Part shown: piece after piece, positions 18,464 through 28,400 of the stretch
How the letters are laid out: each line of letters starts with the position of its first letter
Position numbering within the stretch: the stretch's first letter is position 1
Virus record (IMG/VR): IMGVR_UViG_3300025133_007837
Span: 1-64,000 of that record
Direction: 5' to 3' (one strand)
DNA: 64,000 nucleotides
Source of the DNA: a virus
The notes under the pieces: model-generated
Seen by the model: only the letters and a program-made list of their open reading frames with translations
Databases searched by the model: none
Told to the model about the DNA's origin: nothing
Position numbers and translations under genes: made by a program

Positions 18464-19542
18464 TGGACTTTGCGTTACAGCTACCTGTTAACAAGCTAAG
18501 CTTCGGCCAAGTCTCCGTTTGTATCTTACAAGAGATTTACAAAAAGGGGCTTGAGCCAAGCTTGTTTCCTATAAATCATGATATAGAGGCTTACTCCCTC
18601 CCTCCTGATTTTATAAAATGGTTACAAAGTTCGATCCGCAAAGGCCCTAGGTTTCATAAAAGAGACCACCCAGTCTTTATGTTGTGGCATTTGAACGCCT
18701 CAACTTTAAACTGCGTATCCAACAACAGACACCTTCTCTCTTTTTACGAGCTAGACGCTCCAACGAAAGCCGAGGTTAATATAGCTTCCAGCGTAGACAA
18801 GCTTTATTTTAGCAGCAACCACTCTATTGATACTTTTTCTAATTATGGCATCAACTCAAGCTTTATGCCTCTGGGTTTTGACCATACCCATTTTAAAAAA
18901 CTTGATAAGAAATATTTTGATGACGGACGCATTGTCTTTAATTTGTGCGGAAAGCTAGAAAAAAGAAAAAGACATAGCAAGGTGATTAAGTCTTGGGCTA
19001 AGAGGTTTGGCAACGACAAGAAGTATGAGCTTCAGTGTGCTATACACAACAGCTTTATAGCAAAAGATATGCCAGCCTTAATAGGAAGAATACTAGAAGG
19101 AAAAAGGTATTTCAATATTCAATTCCTCAACTATATGGATAAAAATATTCAGTATAATGATTTTCTGAATTCTGGCAATATTATAATAGGTATGTCAGGC
19201 GGGGAAGGATGGGGATTGCCAGAGTTTCACTCTGTTGCCATAGGCAAGCATGCTGTTATAATGGAAGAGACAGGCTATAAAGAATGGGCCAACCGAGAGA
19301 ACTCAGTTATGGTATCCTCTAGCGGCAAGATACCTTCTGCTGACGGAGTATTTTTTAATGAAGGAGCCGACTTCAACCAAGGTAGAATATATGATTTCGA
19401 TGAAGACGAGTTTATAGCCGCCTGCGAGAAGGCGATAGAGAGAGTAGAATCCAATGAAGAAAACCTTAACGGCTTAAAACTTCAAGAAGAGTTCACTTAC
19501 GAAAAGGTTACTAACCAAATATTAGAATCACTACATGCCTGA
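18463..19542 (+). CDS. GT-B (GT4-like) glycosyltransferase
   Basis: GKLEKRK, SGGEGWGLPEF. Confidence 0.8.
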   Translation: MDFALQLPVNKLSFGQVSVCILQEIYKKGLEPSLFPINHDIEAYSLPPDFIKWLQSSIRKGPRFHKRDHPVFMLWHLNASTLNCVSNNRHLLSFYELDAPTKAEVNIASSVDKLYFSSNHSIDTFSNYGINSSFMPLGFDHTHFKKLDKKYFDDGRIVFNLCGKLEKRKRHSKVIKSWAKRFGNDKKYELQCAIHNSFIAKDMPALIGRILEGKRYFNIQFLNYMDKNIQYNDFLNSGNIIIGMSGGEGWGLPEFHSVAIGKHAVIMEETGYKEWANRENSVMVSSSGKIPSADGVFFNEGADFNQGRIYDFDEDEFIAACEKAIERVESNEENLNGLKLQEEFTYEKVTNQILESLHA

Positions 19543-19900
19543 GTATTTATTCGAGAACCCAGATACTGGAGAAGTCATTTCTGTTACCCAAGGAATAGAT
19601 GAAGAGCACGCCTTCTCACAAGACGGAAAAAAATTTAACAGAGTTTTCACCGTGCCTAACGCCGCAATAGATAGCGAGGTCGACCCGTTTTCCTCTAATC
19701 AATTTAACGAAAAGACGAAGAACATGAAAGGCACCATGGGTGACATGTGGGACTACTCCAAAGAGTTAAGCGAGAAAAGAAAACAGTCTCACGGAGGAGA
19801 AGACCCTATAAGGAAGAAAGCCGAAAAGAAATATTCCGAAAAAAGGCGAGGCATGAAGTATAAAGAGAACTCCTCCCCAGACCAAATAAAGATTAATTAG
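19535..19900 (+). CDS. FmdB-like zinc-ribbon family protein (Cys-less)
   Basis: MPEYLFENPDTGE N-terminus. Confidence 0.55.
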   Translation: MPEYLFENPDTGEVISVTQGIDEEHAFSQDGKKFNRVFTVPNAAIDSEVDPFSSNQFNEKTKNMKGTMGDMWDYSKELSEKRKQSHGGEDPIRKKAEKKYSEKRRGMKYKENSSPDQIKIN

Positions 19901-20451
19901 TGCCTAGAACTAGGACAAAAGATAACATAATTGATGATGTCGCTGTTTCTTATTTATCACATTTATTAAAAGTAGATGAAAAAACGATAGATAAGATTAC
20001 AGAAGATAAAGATGATATTATATTAGTAATAGAGCAAGCGTCCAAGAAACGCTTAAACAAAAAAAAGCTCTTAGATCTACATCCAAAACTTAGCGCAATG
20101 CTTATGGTCTTCAAGGTCGGGGCGGGATCTGGACTAAGTAGAGAGGAGAACGTTTTCCTATCTGAAGCTTTTTATAAATATTTTTTCTGTTTAAAGAATA
20201 TCAAGAATATAGCTTTTGACACAGATAAACCAAACCTAGAAGGAGCGTGCCTTTGTTTGATATTATTAGTATTTTTTGAGTCAGCTATTAAGCAGTATTG
20301 CAAAGGTCAGTCAGAGATGGGGTCCTACGAAGAATCTCGCGATCAGTACGTTGCATATATAAAAGATGGACTTAAAAAAGGACCTCTAGATATAGATTTG
20401 AATAAATCAATTAAAATATTTAAAACCATAAAAGAGAGGTATATACAATGA
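19900..20451 (+). CDS. Hypothetical protein
   Basis: Coupled ORF, GTG start. Confidence 0.55.
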   Translation: MPRTRTKDNIIDDVAVSYLSHLLKVDEKTIDKITEDKDDIILVIEQASKKRLNKKKLLDLHPKLSAMLMVFKVGAGSGLSREENVFLSEAFYKYFFCLKNIKNIAFDTDKPNLEGACLCLILLVFFESAIKQYCKGQSEMGSYEESRDQYVAYIKDGLKKGPLDIDLNKSIKIFKTIKERYIQ

Positions 20452-21230
20452 AAGATAACTATTTTAAGGATGCTTTTTACGTTTCAGCCCTGTTTTTGGT
20501 TGTTCTTGCGGGCTGTGCCACCCCATTAGGCAAGTTCAATAAGAAAGAGGCGGTTGTCGAAAGCATCGAGAGAAAGCAGACAGAAAACACAAACCAACAA
20601 GTCGAGAGCGGTAGGACTTTTGTATACGCCGCAGACCAAGCTCTTCAAAAAGACCCAGAACCCTCTAGACACTCTAGCGTTGCTAAGTCAATGACCACTC
20701 GCAGTATAACAGCCCTAGGACCACCTCAAGCATCAAACGCGCTGAAATCTGACACCATGATTGAGGACCTTCTTTCAGATGACCCAAGGACGGTAGAGAA
20801 AGGACAAGCTGAGTTAGCGGTAATGGACAAGGAATTAATAGCCATACAGAATAGGAACAGGGTTTTAAGCAGCCAGCTTAATACCGCGCAAGTACAGCTC
20901 AAAGCCGTCAACCAAAAAAACGCCCTTGCTGCCACTAAGTATTCTAGCCTAATGGGTAAAGTCTACTGGATAGTAGGAATTGTTATATTTTTAGTAGTTT
21001 TATCAATTGGGTTGAAGATTGTTTCGGCCGTGGCTCCCTTTGCTATACCATCCAGAGGAGCTAGCTCCACCCTACTGAAGGTCGTACAAGGTATACAAAA
21101 AGTCAGAGACCAGCATATGGGAGAAAAACCAGAGATGCTTAGGCAAATAGATGACCAGCTTAGATCTCACCTAGACAAGAAAGACAGATGGATGATAGCC
21201 CATGCCAAACAAAAGCTACATATGATGTAG
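20448..21230 (+). CDS. Lipoprotein with coiled coil and C-terminal TM helix (unimolecular-spanin-like topology)
   Basis: Lipobox LAGC; heptad region; TM VYWIVGIVIFLVVLSIGL. Confidence 0.55.
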   Translation: MKDNYFKDAFYVSALFLVVLAGCATPLGKFNKKEAVVESIERKQTENTNQQVESGRTFVYAADQALQKDPEPSRHSSVAKSMTTRSITALGPPQASNALKSDTMIEDLLSDDPRTVEKGQAELAVMDKELIAIQNRNRVLSSQLNTAQVQLKAVNQKNALAATKYSSLMGKVYWIVGIVIFLVVLSIGLKIVSAVAPFAIPSRGASSTLLKVVQGIQKVRDQHMGEKPEMLRQIDDQLRSHLDKKDRWMIAHAKQKLHMM

Positions 21231-21253
21231 TTTACATCAACATTAAACGCTCG
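21215..21253 (+). ncRNA. Dual-slot hairpin element copy 5, 5'-truncated (slot CATCAAC)
   Basis: gctaca-tatga-tgtagt TTA catcaac attaaacgctcg; 3' arm nearly identical to copies 6 and 9; left slot and arm missing. Confidence 0.6.
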
Positions 21254-21348
21254 AACTAATAAAAAACCAATTTAAGAACGAGCTTGAAGCTTTTGACATA
21301 GATAATGTTAAACTTTTTCATTCTAGTTACTCCTTCCAGCTCTCAAAG

Positions 21349-22416
21349 CTGAAGATAGGACACATAGGATCATACGATATAAACCTAGGGGATAACGTGG
21401 CGCTGTTAAACGCTAGAGCAGGCTTTGAAAAACACATAGACAACATAGAGTGGGTCTCTATACCTATCCAAAAGTTTTGGAGCTTTAGAAATAACCAAGA
21501 AGAGACAATCAAACTCCTCAACAAAGACTATGACTGCATCCTAGTAGGGGGAGGAGGCTTAATCGAGTACAGCTTCGGATATGAGAAACAGGAAACAAAC
21601 TATAAGCTACCTTTTAATAAAGAGATTTTATCCTCACTTAACTGCCCTGTTTTTTTTATCGGCTTAGGTATTAATACTTTTAGAGGGGGCTCAGAACCTT
21701 CTGAGCAAGCCAAACTAGCCATTAAAGAGACTATAGATTTTTCCGCGCTATTTTCCTTAAGGAATGACGGTTCCGCAGGCGTTTTAAAAAGCATTGGGTT
21801 AAGCTCCCCCAAAGTAGAAGTCATACCAGACCCCGGCCTTATTTTTGACTATAGCAAAAACAGAAAAAGCCAAATAAAAAAGAGCTGCATACAACCAGCT
21901 TTTAATTCAAACCCAAAATTGAACGATGACAGATACAAAGGGCCGGAGAATCTTAAGAGGTTAAAAGCTTTTGCCGATAACAACAAACTTAAAGCGATGC
22001 CTCACAGTATAAAAGATTTTAAAATTTTTAAGAGTTTTTTGTTTTCTGCTGATAGCTTTAAGGAAGAGGTGCTCTTCAAACACACCAACCAATTAGTTAA
22101 AACCTATCTAAATATTGATTCAATTGTAGCAATGAGAGGGCATGGACAATTAATTTCTATAGGTCTTAACATACCGGGGCTCTACCTAAGCACGCAAGAT
22201 AAAGTTAGAGATTTTTCCTTATTGAACGGCTTCAAAGATTTTAATGTGGACATAGAAGAGGAAGGCTGGTGCGACCTCTTACAATATAAACACGACAAGC
22301 TCATTTCAGATAATAACTTTTTGGACAGTTGGTACCAAATAAAACAAAACAAAGAAAAAGAGTGGAAGAATATTTTTGATTCCTTTGTAGAAAAGTGCGT
22401 AAAAATGATTCAATAA
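21349..22416 (+). CDS. Polysaccharide pyruvyl transferase family protein (start uncertain)
   Basis: KIGHIGSYDINLGDN upstream of the called GTG, VGGGGL, SLRNDGS, IPDPG, AMRGHG. Confidence 0.8.
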   Translation: MKIGHIGSYDINLGDNVALLNARAGFEKHIDNIEWVSIPIQKFWSFRNNQEETIKLLNKDYDCILVGGGGLIEYSFGYEKQETNYKLPFNKEILSSLNCPVFFIGLGINTFRGGSEPSEQAKLAIKETIDFSALFSLRNDGSAGVLKSIGLSSPKVEVIPDPGLIFDYSKNRKSQIKKSCIQPAFNSNPKLNDDRYKGPENLKRLKAFADNNKLKAMPHSIKDFKIFKSFLFSADSFKEEVLFKHTNQLVKTYLNIDSIVAMRGHGQLISIGLNIPGLYLSTQDKVRDFSLLNGFKDFNVDIEEEGWCDLLQYKHDKLISDNNFLDSWYQIKQNKEKEWKNIFDSFVEKCVKMIQ

Positions 22417-22478
22417 ATAATAAGTCTTGACATGAAAATTTCTTGACTTTGATTCACGTTTCTGTTATAATAAGAGAG

Positions 22479-23423
22479 ATGAATCAGCACAAGCAAATAA
22501 AGGTCAGCGACGATTTCAATTTTAAAATGCCCCCTCCCAATTGCATGAAAAGAGGAGAGGAGGATTATAAGCTTATATGCAAAGCTCTCCGAAGCAGAGC
22601 CTTCAAGCACCCAGTCACTAAAGATTGGTCTGAGCTAACAGAACATGGCGTCAACACTATTTATGACAGAGGCTGGTTTAAGTTCGGAGGCCTACTAAAT
22701 GATCACATAGATTTAATTGATTCTATCCAGAGCAGAATGGAAGAGTATCTCGACAAAGGAGGAGAGCATTGTATCTACCATTCCTCTAACAGCAACTTGC
22801 CTCAGGGAGATATTAATGATCAAGAGCTATACATGAGTGTAAAGCAGCCTTTAGTAAGAGTTCCGGAGATAGCGAAAGTAATTTTCAACAAACACATTCT
22901 AGAAATAGTAAAATGCTTCTTTAAATGCGTCCCAGCAGTAGGGACTCTTAATCTTAGAAGAAGTTTTGCTAATGACCTTAAACCAGACCAAACCAACCTA
23001 TATCATTGCGACAGTAATTCACCTCTTCTGTTAAAGCTCTTTTTTTATTTAAACGATGTTGATAAAGTGGAAGATGGCCCCTTTAACTATGTAGAAGGAT
23101 CCGCCTTCGATCTACCTTCCCGCTGGAGAGAGAGTGTCAGAGTGCCCGACGAAGGTATATTAGCAGCCTACAGCGAAGACAGAATAAAGGACCTAACAGC
23201 TAAAAAAGGTGACGTTTTAGCTGCCATGACGACAGGCTACCATAAAGGCCAAAAAGTCAGATCAAAAGATAGATCAATGCTGACTCTCAATTTTGTCGTA
23301 GCTCCGGAAGATTGGGACACTCGTCTGCAATTCGATATATCAGAAAACGCAGTAACAATGGCGAAAGATCAAATCAACGCCGGTAATATTTGTTTGTTGG
23401 ACTTTCTAAATGTAGTACAATGA
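22479..23423 (+). CDS. Phytanoyl-CoA-dioxygenase-like 2OG-Fe(II) oxygenase
   Basis: YHCD...FFYLNDV...GPF.YV.GS...YHKG; preceded by TTGACT-17-TATAAT. Confidence 0.8.
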   Translation: MNQHKQIKVSDDFNFKMPPPNCMKRGEEDYKLICKALRSRAFKHPVTKDWSELTEHGVNTIYDRGWFKFGGLLNDHIDLIDSIQSRMEEYLDKGGEHCIYHSSNSNLPQGDINDQELYMSVKQPLVRVPEIAKVIFNKHILEIVKCFFKCVPAVGTLNLRRSFANDLKPDQTNLYHCDSNSPLLLKLFFYLNDVDKVEDGPFNYVEGSAFDLPSRWRESVRVPDEGILAAYSEDRIKDLTAKKGDVLAAMTTGYHKGQKVRSKDRSMLTLNFVVAPEDWDTRLQFDISENAVTMAKDQINAGNICLLDFLNVVQ

Positions 23424-24085
23424 ACTTAAAAGAGCTAGAGAACTGCAAGTCAGGAAAAGATTGCTATATATTAGCATGCGGGCCTTCCCTTAATAAATAT
23501 AAGAGCGAAGAATTCAAAAAAAAACTAAAAAATAATTTAGTCTTTTCTGTAAAGCAGGCATACGAAGAGTTTAAGCAAGAAACAGACTTTCACTTTTGGA
23601 ACTGTTCTAACTTACCTTTAGATTATATGAATATACCATATAGGTATGCCGACCACAGACCAGAGGTAGTTGTAGCTAGCAGCAATTATCCCATAGGTCG
23701 CAGATGGAACCCAGAGCAAGAACATGATATATTTTTTCAAGTCCCTCTAATAGAAGAGATCGGGGGAAAAGAAAAAACCTTAGCTTATAAAAAAAATTAT
23801 AATGACTTCTTGATAAACAAAACTTGCAAGGAGAGATGCGTAGGTCCCGGCATAATGCTAGAGACTGTATTTTATACAGCTGTACACGCAGGAGTCAAGT
23901 CAATCACGACTATAGGGTGGGACCTAAATAACCATGGAAGTCATTTTTACAAAGAAGAAGATAAAAAGTCTATGGAAAACAAAGGCTGCGAAATACCTTG
24001 GGACATAATATTAAATGCAGAGGCTGTACCAAGCATAAGACAATGGCTATCCGATAAAGGAATAGAGCTAAATATCCTTTCATGA
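23420..24085 (+). CDS. Maf/GT42-like nonulosonate transferase family protein
   Basis: CYILACGPSL...IGWDL...HFY. Confidence 0.6.
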   Translation: MNLKELENCKSGKDCYILACGPSLNKYKSEEFKKKLKNNLVFSVKQAYEEFKQETDFHFWNCSNLPLDYMNIPYRYADHRPEVVVASSNYPIGRRWNPEQEHDIFFQVPLIEEIGGKEKTLAYKKNYNDFLINKTCKERCVGPGIMLETVFYTAVHAGVKSITTIGWDLNNHGSHFYKEEDKKSMENKGCEIPWDIILNAEAVPSIRQWLSDKGIELNILS

Positions 24086-24921
24086 AAAAAGTTTATATAA
24101 TCGCCGAAATAGGCATCAATCATAACGGCTGCCTAAAAACAGCCAAGCGCCTCATCGACATTGCCGCTGCATCAGGCTGTGACGCAGTAAAGTTTCAAAA
24201 GCGGAACCCAGACGCTTGTGTTCCTAAGCATCAGAAGAATGTTGTGAGGGATACCCCTTGGGGGGAAATGACATACCTAGAGTATAAACACAAAGTAGAA
24301 TTTGGACAAGAAGAATATGATGTTATAGATAGTTATTGCAAGCAACAAAACATAGCATGGAGCGCATCTCCTTGGGACCTTGACAGCCTTAAGTTTCTGG
24401 AGCAGTATGATATTCCGTTCATCAAGATTCCCTCGGCGATGATAACTAACAAAAAACTTATAAAAGCAGCAGGAGCCACGGGTAAAAAAATCATAATCTC
24501 AACAGGAATGAGCACCCCCAAAGAAATAGATTGGGCAGTAAGAGAGCTAGAAGTTTATTGTAACTATAAAGACATAGCTATATTACATTGCAACTCCACC
24601 TATCCAGCACCCATTGACGAACTCAATCTCTCCTGCATACAAACACTGAAGGAAAAGTACGATAAGATGGAGATTGGCTATAGTGGCCATGAGTTTAGGC
24701 TAGGCACTTCTGTAGCTGCGGTTTACCTTGGCGCGACCATAATAGAAAGGCATGTAACTTTAGACAGAACCATGTGGGGGTCTGACCACATGAGCTCCGT
24801 AGAGCCTCAAGGCCTATTCAAGCTAGTTAGCGGGATTAGAGAACTAGAGCAAGCTTATGGAGACGGCAAGATCAAAGTAACTAACTCCGAGAAGCCAGTA
24901 AGAAAAAAGCTAAGAGGATAA
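24082..24921 (+). CDS. neuB: NeuB-family nonulosonic acid synthase (short, no SAF domain)
   Basis: IIAEIGINHNG, AVKFQKR, IGYSGHE, IERHVTLD. Confidence 0.92.
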   Translation: MKKVYIIAEIGINHNGCLKTAKRLIDIAAASGCDAVKFQKRNPDACVPKHQKNVVRDTPWGEMTYLEYKHKVEFGQEEYDVIDSYCKQQNIAWSASPWDLDSLKFLEQYDIPFIKIPSAMITNKKLIKAAGATGKKIIISTGMSTPKEIDWAVRELEVYCNYKDIAILHCNSTYPAPIDELNLSCIQTLKEKYDKMEIGYSGHEFRLGTSVAAVYLGATIIERHVTLDRTMWGSDHMSSVEPQGLFKLVSGIRELEQAYGDGKIKVTNSEKPVRKKLRG

Positions 24922-25712
24922 TGTCTTTTTACGAACTAACATGGGAAAACAGCAACATGTCTTGTTTTATAACAAAGCCTAAGGCCTTTGCGGACAACCA
25001 AGAAAGAGGGGCTAACTACTTAAATAAATATGATTTTCTAAAAGGAGAGCTAGCCAAAACCTCGGAAATAATATATAGAGATAATCCAGAACTTAAAAAA
25101 TTTAAAAATAAAAAAATTCTAATTCTAGGAGCCGGACCAACTACAAATTGGTACGACTGGAACGCAGATGAATACGACCATATATTTTCTTGCAACCACT
25201 TCTTTTTAAACGAGAAGATTTCCAAATGTAAAGTTGACTTAATTTTGTTATGTGACGAAGTAAACCTAGACGGACAAGATTTTCTAGATTATGTTATAAA
25301 AAACGACACCATAATAGGCTTCGAGGACTATAACCAAAGCCCAGACAACATAAGAAAGCTAAAAGAAAAAGTACCCAATAATATTTTTGATTGCGTTTTA
25401 AGGTTCCAAGGCAAGATAGGCGTAGCCCCAAAACTTATAATCCTAGCCATACTTTTAGGGGCCACAGAAGTGCATTTTGCTGGAGTAGATGGTCACAGCC
25501 GGAATTACAAGCAAGGAGATAGCGAAGATCATTCTTTCCAAAAAGGCAAGAAGATTACCACAGGCTACGCCTACGAATTAATAGAAAAACACTATGAATG
25601 CCTAAAGAGATATATACAAACTGAAATAGGTAAAAATGTAATTGTTAAAAACCTAGGAGAAGGACATGAACAGAACGTCTACTCCAAAATACCAGACTTT
25701 AAAATCGAGTGA
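24921..25712 (+). CDS. GT42/Maf-like sialyltransferase-type protein
   Basis: ILILGAGPT...FSCNHFF...HFAGVD resembles Cst-II type motifs. Confidence 0.6.
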   Translation: MSFYELTWENSNMSCFITKPKAFADNQERGANYLNKYDFLKGELAKTSEIIYRDNPELKKFKNKKILILGAGPTTNWYDWNADEYDHIFSCNHFFLNEKISKCKVDLILLCDEVNLDGQDFLDYVIKNDTIIGFEDYNQSPDNIRKLKEKVPNNIFDCVLRFQGKIGVAPKLIILAILLGATEVHFAGVDGHSRNYKQGDSEDHSFQKGKKITTGYAYELIEKHYECLKRYIQTEIGKNVIVKNLGEGHEQNVYSKIPDFKIE

Positions 25713-25767
25713 TTTAATTTAGATTGCCAATGCGTTAGGCGCATTTTACAACATCATTAAACACTCG
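25706..25767 (+). ncRNA. Dual-slot hairpin element copy 6 (slots GATTGCC / CAACATC)
   Basis: cgagtgatttaat TTA gattgcc aatgcg-ttagg-cgcatt TTA caacatc attaaacactcg; contains the TGA stop of the upstream gene. Confidence 0.88.
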
Positions 25768-25820
25768 GTCTAATTTTGTGTTGACTTATTCATAAGTTAG
25801 CTTTATAATAACAAAAGCAA

Positions 25821-26804
25821 ATGTTAGATTTTTTCTCGAACAAAAAGGTTTTAATAACAGGCGGCACCGGCTCGCTCGGAAGAAGCTTGATAAAAAGACT
25901 AAAAAAGAGCAATTCTGATATTGTTGTTTATAGCAGGGACGAAGGCAAGCAAGCCCTTTATTTTGGGCAAGACAAAGAAGTCAAAACAATTATAGGCGAC
26001 GTAAGGGACTACAGAAAACTAAAAACCTCAATGCTCCTAGAGAAGCCCGAGCTAGTAATCCATACAGCCGCGATGAAAAGGGTTGACGATATGGAGCATC
26101 ATCCTGATGAATGCGTCAAAACAAACATCGTAGGGTCTGATAACATAGCAAGAGCTTGTATTGAATCAGGAGTACTTAAGTGCGCTTTAATATCGACAGA
26201 CAAAGCCTGTATGCCCGTTAATGTCTACGGCTCCAGCAAGTTTATAGCTGAGAGAATTTTTACTAATTACGACCACAATTCGGAGTTCACTAAATTTTTA
26301 TCTGTAAGATACGGTAACGTAATAGCAAGCAGAGGCTCTTTTATTCCTCTTTGGATTAGCCTCTTAGACGACAACAAGAAAATTCAAGTCACCTCTTTGG
26401 ACTGCACTAGATTTCTTTTCCCCTTAAGCGATGCCGTTGGCTCAGTCCTAGGAGCCATAGAAACCGCCGGAGGAGGAGAGGTTTTTGTTCCTATGATCGA
26501 CTCGTTTACCATGAGATCCTGCATAAATGCGGTGGGTAGATTACGCGGATTAGACGAAGTGCCCTTTGACATTGTAGGCATGAGGCCGGGAGAGAAGATA
26601 CACGAAGACATGCTTTGTAAAACCGAGTTAAAATTTTCTTACAAAGTGCCTGACTTAAACCTTATACAAGTTAGGCCTCAATACTCCAGCAGAACATATG
26701 AAGATTGGGCTAAATACGAAGGAGAAGAACTAAATTCTTCCTTACATATTAATAAAAACGAAGACGAGCTTTTCTCTATAATTAAAAAAGGCATAAATGA
26801 ATAA
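25821..26804 (+). CDS. UDP-GlcNAc 4,6-dehydratase (PseB/FlaA1-like)
   Basis: ITGGTGSLG, STDKA, YGSSK, RYGNV, RPGEKIHE. Confidence 0.9.
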   Translation: MLDFFSNKKVLITGGTGSLGRSLIKRLKKSNSDIVVYSRDEGKQALYFGQDKEVKTIIGDVRDYRKLKTSMLLEKPELVIHTAAMKRVDDMEHHPDECVKTNIVGSDNIARACIESGVLKCALISTDKACMPVNVYGSSKFIAERIFTNYDHNSEFTKFLSVRYGNVIASRGSFIPLWISLLDDNKKIQVTSLDCTRFLFPLSDAVGSVLGAIETAGGGEVFVPMIDSFTMRSCINAVGRLRGLDEVPFDIVGMRPGEKIHEDMLCKTELKFSYKVPDLNLIQVRPQYSSRTYEDWAKYEGEELNSSLHINKNEDELFSIIKKGINE

Positions 26805-27882
26805 TGAAATACATTTCAAAGAAATACCTGAAAAGCCTGTATATTTTATAGCCGACATAGCGGCGAACCATGACGGAGACCTAGCAAGAGCCTTGTCCTT
26901 GTGCCAGTTAGCTAAAAGCAGCGGCGCGGATGCTGTAAAATTTCAACACCACGATGTCAGCAAGTATGTCAGCGACAAAGGCTTTAAAGACCTTGGCGGC
27001 AAATTTAGTCATCAGACGAAATGGAAGAAGTCTATCTTTGAAGTATATGAAGACGCAGAGGTTCCCAAAGAATGGACACCTCTCATAAAAACTTTTTGTG
27101 ATTCCATAAATATAGATTTTTTATCTACGCCCTACGATCTTGATGCCGTCGACCATTTAGACAAATACGTTTCGTCTGTAAAGATAGGTAGCGGAGATTT
27201 AAATTGGGAAGATATGCTTATAAAGTGTGCTAAAACTGGCAAAAAAGTTTTACTAGCCACCGGAGCCTCCAATATAGGAGAAGTACAAAGGGCGGTGCAG
27301 CTACTAAAAGACAATCGCGTTATAGGAACAAAGGCCTTTCATACAAAAGCAGACATAGTATTAATGCAATGCAACACAAACTACACAGGCTCAATTAATA
27401 ACTTTAATTATATCAACTTAAACGTTTTAAATACATATAAGACCATGTTTCCTGATTTGATTCTTGGCCTCAGCGACCATACTCCCGGCCATGTCACCAC
27501 ACTAGGCGCTGTTGCTCTCGGAGCCAGAGTAATAGAAAAACACTTCACGGACGATACCACAAGAGAAGGCCCGGATCATCCTTTCTCCATGGATGCACTG
27601 GCTTGGTCTGCTATGGTGGAAGATACTAGGCTATTAGAATCCTCACTAGGAGAGCCAACTAAAACGGTACAAGAAAACGAGGAAGAGACCTTAGTCCTAC
27701 AAAGGAGAGCAATACGTACGACAACAGACATTAAGAGAGGAGAGCCGCTAACAGGTCTTCAGCTACAGAGACCTTCCCCCGAAAACGCTACAAGCATTAA
27801 CAGACTCAAAGATGTGCTAGGTAAAACATCAAATAGAGACATAAACAAAGGAGACTTTATCACAGACAAAGACTTTCAATGA
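26797..27882 (+). CDS. NeuB/PseI-family synthase with SAF domain
   Basis: FIADIAANHDG, GLSDHT, IEKHFT, C-terminal SAF. Confidence 0.92.
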   Translation: MNNEIHFKEIPEKPVYFIADIAANHDGDLARALSLCQLAKSSGADAVKFQHHDVSKYVSDKGFKDLGGKFSHQTKWKKSIFEVYEDAEVPKEWTPLIKTFCDSINIDFLSTPYDLDAVDHLDKYVSSVKIGSGDLNWEDMLIKCAKTGKKVLLATGASNIGEVQRAVQLLKDNRVIGTKAFHTKADIVLMQCNTNYTGSINNFNYINLNVLNTYKTMFPDLILGLSDHTPGHVTTLGAVALGARVIEKHFTDDTTREGPDHPFSMDALAWSAMVEDTRLLESSLGEPTKTVQENEEETLVLQRRAIRTTTDIKRGEPLTGLQLQRPSPENATSINRLKDVLGKTSNRDINKGDFITDKDFQ

Positions 27883-28400
27883 TTTCTATTAGATGCATAG
27901 AGGAGGAGGACTTGCCAGTTATTCAGGAGTGGAGAAATAACGAGCTACTAAGAAGGTTCTTCAGAGAGTATAGAGATTTTTCCGCTAACCAAAAAAAAGA
28001 TTGGTACCTCAAGGTCATAAAAGACAACCGCTTTGAAATGTATGTTATAACGTACGACGATAAAGTGGTTGGGGTCTGCGGGTTGACCTACATAGATTGG
28101 GTTAACAGGCATTGCGACTTGCATTTTTATATAGGAAAAAATTCAGAGTGGATAGACAAAAAATATGCGCCAGAAGCTATCAAACTAATATTAAAGAAAG
28201 CCTTTCATATATTCAATATGAATAAAGTTTGGGCTGAGATATACGAGATAGATGAAAAGAAACTTAAATTTTTTAAAAAACATAAGTTTGAGGTAGACGC
28301 CGAACTAAGGGAGCATTATTTTTACGACGGCAAATACTATTCATCTTTTATTTTATCTTTATTAAGGAAAGACTATGAACGTGGGACAGAATTACGCTAG
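27879..28400 (+). CDS. GNAT N-acetyltransferase (PseH-like)
   Basis: EWRN, IDWVNR, RimJ/RimL-type pattern in a sugar cluster. Confidence 0.8.
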   Translation: MISIRCIEEEDLPVIQEWRNNELLRRFFREYRDFSANQKKDWYLKVIKDNRFEMYVITYDDKVVGVCGLTYIDWVNRHCDLHFYIGKNSEWIDKKYAPEAIKLILKKAFHIFNMNKVWAEIYEIDEKKLKFFKKHKFEVDAELREHYFYDGKYYSSFILSLLRKDYERGTELR

